Shown here one piece after another: positions 1 through 5,306 of a DNA stretch of 6,057 nucleotides. Each line of letters opens with the position of its first letter. Position 1 is the stretch's first letter. This stretch comes from a virus. The stretch covers positions 1-6,057 of the IMG/VR virus record IMGVR_UViG_3300045988_000161; one strand, written 5' to 3'. A program made the translations under genes and the position numbers. The notes beneath the pieces were generated by a model. It saw only the letters and a list, made by a program, of their open reading frames with translations, was not told the origin of the DNA and did no database searches.

Positions 1-99
1 TCAGGAGCTTTAATACCAAACTGGGCAGCCATTTGGTCAGAATAATCCTTACTACTGAATTGTACTACTTCTTTCCAGCGCTGAAGATACTCTGTTGCA
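1..99. repeat. Terminal direct repeat, copy 1 (circular-genome closure overlap)
   Basis: Bases 1-99 (tcaggagctttaataccaaactggg...gatactctgttgca) match 5959-6057 base for base on reading. The offset is 5958 nt. The repeat lies inside an open reading frame that reads through it. Confidence 0.97.
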
Positions 100-1082
100 C
101 GAATTGAAAGAGCGGAAAGGTCTGAGTTAATTGAAACAGCACGCTGAGAAGAAAATGTACCAGAAACAGAGACCGAAGAAGAAGAAGCAGGATTAACAAC
201 ATAGTCCACATTGGAGTCAGAAACAGCAACAACAGAATTAGAAGAACCATTGGAATTATAAGAACCCGGTAAAACAGCTACAGAACCATATTGAGAAGAA
301 GGGAGCATACCCATAAAGTAGTCTTTAGGATAATTCGCATAGCGGAGTTTAACCATATTCACAGCCAATCCAATACTACCAGAACCAGACCAATAATCCA
401 CATTATATGCATAAGCTAAATGCTTCTCCCATTGGGAATTACTGAAGAAATCATAATAGATTTTCTGATAAGCAAGAAGAGGCAACATATTAACAGTCTG
501 TGAAGTTTGATAAACCAACGGGTTATCAGCGTCACCAAGATTATCAAGACCTAGGTATTTCTGTGTAATAGCAGCCTTACCTGTATTAGTACTAGCAATC
601 ATAGAGCCATAACCAAGCATATCAAGCAACTTACAGGAACCGTAAACAATAGGGAGGCCTGCGTCATCACGATTATTAGTTTGATCACCGGCATTAATCA
701 ACTGAAGAAAAGTACTAATAGAGCTTTGAGAAGTACTAGGAACAGAAGTAAGCGCAGAAACATTCTCAGAAGAACTAGCCGCGCTAGTCATATAATCCGT
801 CATTTGAGTAAAGGCCTGCGGAAGCGCACGAGATATCAAACGTAACGGCACAGCATAAAAGTCGTAGTATTCCTTGATACGAGTATAAGCAGCCGTATTA
901 ACAGGAACAGTACGGGTAAACCAATCAGATGAAATACGATATTTATTGCGAGGAATGGCAATCTGCCAATAGCAAGGAAGAATCTCACCAATTTTGGCAG
1001 TAAACAATTTTTTCGAGCTCAAGTCGAAAGAAGACCGATGAGTAGGAATTTTCGCACGGTCCAATGGATTAAAATCACTCAT
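1..1082 (-). CDS. VP1: Major capsid protein VP1 (F-like), 5'/N-terminal part. The gene continues across the circular junction into 5307-5958; full length is 577 aa.
   Basis: Not in the ORF track because no stop lies inside this end of the window. Hand translation of the reverse complement from the ATG at 1082-1080 is open down to base 1: MSDFNPLDRAKIPTHRSSFDLSSKKLFTAKIGEILPCYWQIAIPRNKYRISSDWFTRTVPVNTAAYTRIKEYYDFYAVPLRLISRALPQAF...SALSIRATEYLQRWKEVVQFSSKDYSDQMAAQFGIKAPE. The last residues are the start of track ORF 5307..5990. The frame is conserved: 1082+5958=7040 and 5990 are both 2 mod 3. The combined length is 1734 nt, giving 577 aa plus a stop. The N-terminal FDLS...G.(I/L)LP block, the YY(D)F...VP.R block and the later LQRW.E...FG(I/V)...(Y)IGG block are what I recognise from Microviridae capsid proteins. 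A 17-nt AT-rich spacer separates it from the VP4 stop. Confidence 0.93.
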   Translation of the reverse strand, partial: MSDFNPLDRAKIPTHRSSFDLSSKKLFTAKIGEILPCYWQIAIPRNKYRISSDWFTRTVPVNTAAYTRIKEYYDFYAVPLRLISRALPQAFTQMTDYMTSAASSSENVSALTSVPSTSQSSISTFLQLINAGDQTNNRDDAGLPIVYGSCKLLDMLGYGSMIASTNTGKAAITQKYLGLDNLGDADNPLVYQTSQTVNMLPLLAYQKIYYDFFSNSQWEKHLAYAYNVDYWSGSGSIGLAVNMVKLRYANYPKDYFMGMLPSSQYGSVAVLPGSYNSNGSSNSVVAVSDSNVDYVVNPASSSSVSVSGTFSSQRAVSINSDLSALSIRATEYLQRWKEVVQFSSKDYSDQMAAQFGIKAP

Positions 1083-1099
1083 AGTTTATAAATATTAAA

Positions 1100-2779
1100 T
1101 TAAACCATACGGTTAAATATATTATTAGCATCATTAAGTTTTTTGTGTTTAATCATGTCACGACAGAATGTAGAACTACGGTACCGCAGTTGCTCAAGGA
1201 GTAAAACCGTTTCACATGAAACATCTGACAAGACATCACGCTCCTGCCCGTCCTGAGGCAGCGCAAACATACAATCCGATATCTGTGGGTAAGAGGAGCG
1301 TAAGATGAATGCATCTCGTAAACTTTCATAATCTTTTTTCTTCTCATATTCTATGCCTGTTTTAATGATAAAATTAATACGACCGGAATAAGCACCAATA
1401 TCAGAACCGAAGTCAGGCAAATGCCAGTTACGGAAGAACTTAGAGACATATAAAAACAGCCTATATAACTTATTAATATAAGATTCAATATCGACATCGC
1501 TAGAACAGTTAACAAACCTAGTAAGACACCGAGAAGCATGTAATATAATCTTGTCATCATCGGTAAGAATAGAATTAACCTTGAGATACTTATAATAGGC
1601 ACGAACAAGACTCAGAATTGAATCCTGTTTATAATCAACGAATCCGAATTTCGCAATTCTTTTTGGCGTTGAATGTACAGCGCGAAGAACTCGAGCAATC
1701 GCAATACTATCGTCATTGCGAGCAGACGAGAATCGGGGCAATAATGAACGGATATACGACATGGGTGGAGTTGACCGAACACTGATGCCGTTGAAGTTAT
1801 AGACTCTTCCGTTAACGACAGAATCGATTTTTTGCTCAATCTGCGCATAAGGGTCTTTACCTTCCACGAAATCGCAACCTTTCTCAAAGAATCCAACAGA
1901 TGACCGCGATTTGGGTCTAAACGCGCGGCATGAGCGATATAGAAGGGGAGCAGCACTAAGGCTGTTAACGTAACTCGCAACGTACGACGAAGCTCCACCA
2001 GCGGAACGCTGGAAATCTGAACGACCGAGTTTCCAACTATTATCGTGACAGTATCGTAATACCTTAGAGACCTCTTTCGAGTTTGTGAATAATAAGAGAT
2101 GATAATGCGGGCGGAAATGGATGGGTCCATACTCTCCCACAGCGTAGAAATGTAACGTTTCATAAGAGCCTAATTGTTGAAATAAATGTTTACGTAAGCG
2201 TTTAATATAGTTCTGGACATCAACATAGTTTAAAAAGGGAATAAGATTATTACGACCGTATTGTTCAGAAGCGGAATAATCCGTTTTGTCAACGGCTTGC
2301 GTCTTATGAATAAAACTACGAATAGCATCCATACTAAGAAACCAATTATCCTTAACAGAAACATATTCCTTAATTTCACGGTCATACGGCACAGTGCCTT
2401 GAACCTGTTCGAAGAATATATGACGAAGCGCGTAGTTATCATTACATTGATATTCAGAAACAGGGATATACTGGTGATGTTCATAGCCAAAATAATTATC
2501 TCCTGAAATACCTAAGGCATCCTCATATTCACTATGAAGAACTTTACAATTCATAAGAGGAATATGAGCGTTGTCATAGGTCAGCGTTACAAAATAAGAG
2601 TACTTAAAAGCACTTCCTGCGGTCTTCACGCGCATGGACGCTTTTTTAGAACGCTTATGGATACAATAATCGCATTGACCACAATCCACGGCAAAACGTG
2701 CACCAGTGTACTTATTCGTGATAAACGAACGATACTGACAATGATCAACAGCCTTAAATAAATCAGGAGAAAATTTCAT
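1100..2779 (-). CDS. VP4: Replication initiation protein VP4 (HUH rolling-circle endonuclease), 559 aa from the ATG
   Basis: Track ORF 1100..2806, but its first codon (2806-2804) is TTG. The first ATG is at 2779-2777 (MKFSPDLF...), which I prefer as the start. Motifs read from the translation: a Cys cluster CGQCDYCIHKR; RCR motif I FVTLTY (nt 2593-2576); YIKRLRK...GEYGPIHFRPHYHLLLF with HUH motif II HYH (nt 2107-2099, cat tat cat); and motif III YVASYV with two Tyr residues. This arrangement is typical of Microviridae VP4/A-type initiators. Confidence 0.93.
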   Translation of the reverse strand: MKFSPDLFKAVDHCQYRSFITNKYTGARFAVDCGQCDYCIHKRSKKASMRVKTAGSAFKYSYFVTLTYDNAHIPLMNCKVLHSEYEDALGISGDNYFGYEHHQYIPVSEYQCNDNYALRHIFFEQVQGTVPYDREIKEYVSVKDNWFLSMDAIRSFIHKTQAVDKTDYSASEQYGRNNLIPFLNYVDVQNYIKRLRKHLFQQLGSYETLHFYAVGEYGPIHFRPHYHLLLFTNSKEVSKVLRYCHDNSWKLGRSDFQRSAGGASSYVASYVNSLSAAPLLYRSCRAFRPKSRSSVGFFEKGCDFVEGKDPYAQIEQKIDSVVNGRVYNFNGISVRSTPPMSYIRSLLPRFSSARNDDSIAIARVLRAVHSTPKRIAKFGFVDYKQDSILSLVRAYYKYLKVNSILTDDDKIILHASRCLTRFVNCSSDVDIESYINKLYRLFLYVSKFFRNWHLPDFGSDIGAYSGRINFIIKTGIEYEKKKDYESLRDAFILRSSYPQISDCMFALPQDGQERDVLSDVSCETVLLLEQLRYRSSTFCRDMIKHKKLNDANNIFNRMV

Positions 2780-2831
2780 ATAACCAAGAGCCTGCAGAGG
2801 CAACAAATATAAAAATAAACAATAAAGTCAA

Positions 2832-2915
2832 TCAAACACCAATAGCGCTAAGAATATAACCAAGAGCAGCAGACACGGCACCAATTACAATTTTCCAAAT
2901 ATTATTACGCTTCAT
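2832..2915 (-). CDS. Putative 27-aa single-pass membrane peptide (MKRNNIWKIVIGAVSAALGYILSAIGV)
   Basis: This is the C-terminal part of track ORF 2832..3056. An internal ATG lies at 2915-2913 and the stop TGA at 2834-2832. The peptide has a basic N-terminus (KR), then about 19 hydrophobic small-residue-rich positions (GAVSAALG). Third positions are T in 16 of 27 codons, like the confirmed genes. It overlaps the end of the 64-aa ORF by 11 nt and otherwise fills a gap before VP4 that would be non-coding. Confidence 0.4.
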   Translation of the reverse strand: MKRNNIWKIVIGAVSAALGYILSAIGV

Positions 2916-3099
2916 TGCTTTGAATTTTAATGTTAACAAAATCGCTTTCTTCTTTAATCGAATCCACAATAACAATAAGACCCAACGAAGAAATTCGTTC
3001 AGAATAATTTCCAAGGCCATCGAGAGAATTGACAATATAAGGCGAAATAACATCACGACCAGTAGTTTTTTCTTTAACTGAGATAATAAATTTTTGCAT
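2905..3099 (-). CDS. Hypothetical 64-aa protein, first ORF after the promoter
   Basis: Track ORF with ATG at 3099-3097 and stop TAA at 2907-2905. Its composition is balanced and non-repetitive (MQKFIISVKEKTTGRDVISPYIVNSLDGLGNYSERISSLGLIVIVDSIKEESDFVNIKIQSNEA). It is on the same strand as all other genes and about 45 nt downstream of the predicted promoter. I recognise no family. Confidence 0.55.
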   Translation of the reverse strand: MQKFIISVKEKTTGRDVISPYIVNSLDGLGNYSERISSLGLIVIVDSIKEESDFVNIKIQSNEA

Positions 3100-3148
3100 A
3101 ACTTTAAAATTTTAAAATATTAATAATAGTTATAACTCCTAACTGGGG

Positions 3149-3179
3149 CAAATATACAAACTATTTTTATAATTCCAAA
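3149..3179 (-). promoter_or_regulatory. Bacteroidetes-type promoter (-33 TTTG, 19-nt spacer, -7 TAnnTTTG)
   Basis: The minus strand reads ...tatTTTGgaattataaaaatagtttgTAtaTTTGcccc... The -33 TTTG is at 3179-3176, the spacer is exactly 19 nt, and the -7 TAtaTTTG is at 3156-3149. It sits in the AT-rich gene-free block 3100-3199, upstream of the first ORF of the single-strand gene train. Confidence 0.5.
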
Positions 3180-3199
3180 ATAAATCTCTTTTTTTTTAG

Positions 3200-3524
3200 A
3201 TTCTACCGTAGGGTGTGAGTTGTGCGTTTATGGACAAGGGATAGGAGAATCCGAGAGGATAACTCGGATTTGCTTCGCACACAACTAGGGGCTTCGCATA
3301 ATTATAAGGTCCTGGGAGAAAGACTTATTAACATAAATGTATAAAAAGGTGTATAGGCACGGCAAGGCAGGAGCTGTCTTGCCTTTGCGCGCCGTCGCGC
3401 TAAAATACCGGAGCGGAACGCTCCTATAAGGAAGTCGCTCCGCTCCATTTTTCGACCAGGCCCTACGCGGGCGGCGGATGTATATCGCTCAAACGCCGCG
3501 ATGGGCTTCTAGTCCTGAAGAATG
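3200..3524. other. GC-rich, hairpin-dense non-coding island (candidate complementary-strand origin, structured RNA, or attachment region)
   Basis: The track shows no ORF of 60 aa or more in gene orientation. By hand count 3361-3480 is 75/120 G+C (about 62%), against about 42% in a coding sample (4001-4060). Hairpins read directly: 3248-3255/3263-3270 (aatccgag/ctcggatt, 8 bp, 7-nt loop), nested in 3218-3226/3276-3286 (agttgtgcg/cgca[ca]caact, 9 bp with a 2-nt bulge). Also 3361-3370/3374-3383 (ggcaaggcag/ctgtcttgcc, 10 bp with one G-T), 3387-3391/3396-3400 (gcgcg/cgcgc), 3410-3415/3419-3424 (ggagcg/cgctcc) and 3471-3476/3494-3499 (gcggcg/cgccgc). Confidence 0.6.
3410..3452 (+). terminator. Intrinsic-terminator-like element on the strand antisense to the genes, with a competing upstream hairpin
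   Basis: ggagcgg (3410-3416) can pair with ccgctcc (3440-3446), and this is followed by aTTTTT (3447-3452). The same 5' arm can instead form the short hairpin ggagcg-gaa-cgctcc (3410-3424). On the gene strand the short hairpin is followed by ggtatttta, a weaker T-tract. Confidence 0.3.
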
Positions 3525-3683
3525 TTATTGCCTACCCAATTTAGGAATAATCTGGAACACACAACCAGAGATGTCTTGCTTGGCCTCATATTTACAGAAC
3601 CATTCTAAGGCATCATCCATAGATGTTACACACAATGAAAACACGACTTTACGTCCTTTTTTAATTCTTGCCTCGTAATACAT
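3525..3683 (-). CDS. Hypothetical 52-aa protein immediately downstream of VP2
   Basis: An internal ATG (3683-3681) of track ORF 3525..3737 lies 7 nt after the VP2 stop (TAG 3693-3691). Translation: MYYEARIKKGRKVVFSLCVTSMDDALEWFCKYEAKQDISGCVFQIIPKLGRQ, stop TAA at 3527-3525. The composition is non-repetitive and the ORF is in gene orientation. The upstream 18 codons of the track ORF (MHFLILLLLLRVLAVSKI) overlap VP2 in its +1 frame and look spurious. Confidence 0.45.
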   Translation of the reverse strand: MYYEARIKKGRKVVFSLCVTSMDDALEWFCKYEAKQDISGCVFQIIPKLGRQ

Positions 3684-3690
3684 AATTTTA

Positions 3691-4854
3691 CTAACGGCCA
3701 AAACCCTTAATAGGAGCAGGAGAATTAGGAAATGCACGCTTAAGAGTACCTACAGTATTTCCTGTGCCAGTAAATATACGAGTACCATAATCTAGAGTGT
3801 TACGCAATTCATAAGTATTGACATCCTTCTGTTTCTCCTTAGCAGACCATCTATAATAGTCACGCAAAGCCTTTTCTTTAGAAAACTCAATATTCTTAAG
3901 GGTATTAGTATTCTTCGAATCCCAGAGAGAAGAGAGACCACGAGCACGATTAGCCTGAATATTAGCATAAATCAATGAATCAGCTGTTTCCTCAGCTATT
4001 CTGTTTTGAATCCTAAGACCGTTAGTCTCAACAGACAACTTAACAGCCTTAGCCATCTCAGTTTTATACTGTGCTTCAGTAAGGGCACCTTGAGCATACA
4101 AGTTAGCCAAAGTCTGACCTTTAATAAACAAATCAGCCTGCTGTTGTTCATCAAGATATTTATTCAATATCTGTTGGGCTTCAGCATCCAAAAGTATTTG
4201 AGCTTCTTGAGCTTGAGTAAGACGACCGGCAAACTCCATATTCTTGAGTTCTTGATACTCCTTGGACTGGTCCAACAACGCAGACTCCCGACCAGTACTT
4301 TTACTCCAATAACCAGACTCACCAACAGCAATATTACGATAATCAGTAGCACCTCGAATCTGGTCAATCTTATACGGAGTAAGAGAAGCATTCTGCTCAG
4401 CATTAAGCATCGCCGCACGGGCTTGAGCCATGGAAGCAAGAGCAGAACCAACATCAGAAAAATCGGGACGAAATGCCTGCAAGCTAGGAGAAGTAGCAGC
4501 AGTAGCAGAAGCACCACCTGAAGCCGGAGACCTAGAACCAGCCATAGCGGCAGAACCTTGAACAAACGGATTCAAGCCACGGGAAATCATTGCATTGGGG
4601 GAATTATAGGAATTATTCATCCCCCACATTTTTTCTTGCCAATCTCGTTGAATTTGAGATTGCTCGGCATTAAATGCGTTATTCTCGCGGTTAATATCAA
4701 TACTAGTCTGGTTGGTCTTATTCTGAGACGATGCACCAATAGCATTACCAGCAAGAGATGCGCCAGCAGCAATAATACCACCAAGAACAAGAGGAGCAAT
4801 ATGCTTTTCGGAATGCCCCATTAAGGGGCTTTCTCCAATATCATAGAATTTCAT
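3691..4854 (-). CDS. VP2: Minor capsid / DNA pilot protein VP2 (H-like), 387 aa
   Basis: Track ORF with ATG at 4854-4852. It has an N-terminal Gly/Ala-rich hydrophobic segment (LVLGGIIAAGASLAGNAIGASS). This is followed by NRENNAFNAEQSQIQRDWQEKMWGMNNSYNSPNAMISRGLNPFV, the N..F...E.....R.WQE.M...Y.SP......GLNP block I associate with Microviridae VP2. A long Gln/Ala/Glu-rich helical region follows. The start overlaps the upstream stop as ATGA (4854-4851). Confidence 0.88.
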   Translation of the reverse strand: MKFYDIGESPLMGHSEKHIAPLVLGGIIAAGASLAGNAIGASSQNKTNQTSIDINRENNAFNAEQSQIQRDWQEKMWGMNNSYNSPNAMISRGLNPFVQGSAAMAGSRSPASGGASATAATSPSLQAFRPDFSDVGSALASMAQARAAMLNAEQNASLTPYKIDQIRGATDYRNIAVGESGYWSKSTGRESALLDQSKEYQELKNMEFAGRLTQAQEAQILLDAEAQQILNKYLDEQQQADLFIKGQTLANLYAQGALTEAQYKTEMAKAVKLSVETNGLRIQNRIAEETADSLIYANIQANRARGLSSLWDSKNTNTLKNIEFSKEKALRDYYRWSAKEKQKDVNTYELRNTLDYGTRIFTGTGNTVGTLKRAFPNSPAPIKGFGR

Positions 4855-5294
4855 TGAGCAGCAACGTCAGGGGCGGACGAAGAATCGGGCGCTGACTGTT
4901 GCTCTGCCAACATTGCCTGTGCATATTTAGTAAGTTCAGATTTCTCACTAGCTAATTGCTGTAATACAGCCTGCCTTTCAGACATAGTCTGACAATGACG
5001 AGAAACAACACAACTAAAGCGTTCTTCGTCGGTCATGTCATCCATAACAGTAGATTGGGTAGGATGCATCTGAGCTATAATATTCTGAACATTCATATCA
5101 CCAAGCAAACTACGGTATTTCTCCTGATTCAATAGAATCTGTGTCATATCGACTTGGATCAAATCACCATCAGGACTTTCATCGTACATAACTGAATCAT
5201 ATACAGACTTTTGATAACAAGGGTTTTCCTCAACCAATTCAGGAACAAATTCACTTTTAATATAATCCGGATTTTTATAAGCAAAATTTCTCAT
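4851..5294 (-). CDS. Acidic 147-aa protein between VP1 and VP2 (possible internal scaffolding protein, VP3-like; function not established)
   Basis: Track ORF 4851..5306 starts on TTG directly after the VP1 stop. The first ATG is at 5294-5292 (MRNFAYKNPDY...), 12 nt after the VP1 TAA. The protein is rich in D/E/Q with a predicted helical C-terminal half. Its stop TGA overlaps the VP2 ATG. The scaffold suggestion rests only on size, charge and position. Confidence 0.78.
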   Translation of the reverse strand: MRNFAYKNPDYIKSEFVPELVEENPCYQKSVYDSVMYDESPDGDLIQVDMTQILLNQEKYRSLLGDMNVQNIIAQMHPTQSTVMDDMTDEERFSCVVSRHCQTMSERQAVLQQLASEKSELTKYAQAMLAEQQSAPDSSSAPDVAAQ

Positions 5295-5306
5295 AACAAC
5301 ACACAA

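Noticed and set aside
65-250. 61-aa minus-strand ORF (MVLLILLLLFL...)
   Set aside because: It lies entirely inside the VP1 coding region in its +1 frame and is a Leu-rich, low-complexity shadow of T-ending codon bias.
1153-1608. 64-aa (1153..1347) and 85-aa (1351..1608) minus-strand ORFs
   Set aside because: Both are +1-frame shadows inside VP4. They are hydrophobic and low-complexity, and they share a frame with the other shadow ORFs, separated only by single stops.
2230-2490. 86-aa minus-strand ORF inside VP4
   Set aside because: It is in the +1 frame of VP4, so the same codon-bias explanation applies. There is no independent support.
2261-2761. Plus-strand ORFs 2261..2506 (81 aa) and 2534..2761 (75 aa)
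   Set aside because: They are antisense to VP4. Microviridae express all genes from one strand, and the sequences are Ile/Asn/Arg-rich as expected from reading T-rich codons backwards.
2780-2806. Track start codons at 2806 (VP4) and 5306 (147-aa ORF)
   Set aside because: Both are TTG codons that the track shows as M. ATG codons follow 9 and 4 codons downstream and are the more conservative starts, although TTG initiation cannot be excluded.
2916-3056. N-terminal 47 codons of the 74-aa track ORF 2832..3056 (MMLFRLILSILS...)
   Set aside because: This part overlaps the 64-aa ORF in its +1 frame and looks like a frame shadow. Only the distal 27-aa portion from the internal ATG at 2915 is kept as a candidate.
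3117-3126. ATATTAATAA, identical to the 10-nt core of the phiX174/G4 viral-strand origin (CAACTTG/ATATTAATAAC)
   Set aside because: It is on the window + strand, that is the non-viral strand. The flanking CAACTTG and CACTATAG parts are absent. An all-A/T 10-mer in a block of about 85% AT is plausibly chance. The real nick site of this Rep remains unidentified.
3515-3521. CTGAAGA, resembling the hammerhead ribozyme CUGANGA box
   Set aside because: I could not build the required helix II, GAAA box or cleavage-site helices around it, and it lies at the edge of the 52-aa ORF region.
3200-3524. tRNA, tmRNA, CRISPR repeat or MITE interpretation of the GC island
   Set aside because: There is no cloverleaf with a T-arm GTTCRANYC-like box. 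There are no regularly spaced repeats beyond two 8-mers, and I could not identify terminal inverted repeats with target-site duplication.
3478-3678. 66-aa plus-strand ORF (MYIAQTPRWASS...)
   Set aside because: It is on the strand opposite every other gene and antisense to the better-placed 52-aa ORF. Its 5' end lies within the GC-rich hairpins.
3684-3737. Upstream extension of the 70-aa track ORF (MHFLILLLLLRVLAVSKI)
   Set aside because: It overlaps the VP2 3' end in the +1 frame and is a poly-Leu shadow. The ATG at 3683, just after the VP2 stop, is the more plausible start.
4006-4824. Plus-strand ORFs 4006..4521 (171 aa) and 4558..4824 (88 aa), and minus-strand ORFs 4164..4565 and 4617..4799
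   Set aside because: These are antisense or +1-frame shadows of VP2, with repetitive Leu/Ser-rich translations. VP2 itself has family-typical motifs in its own frame.
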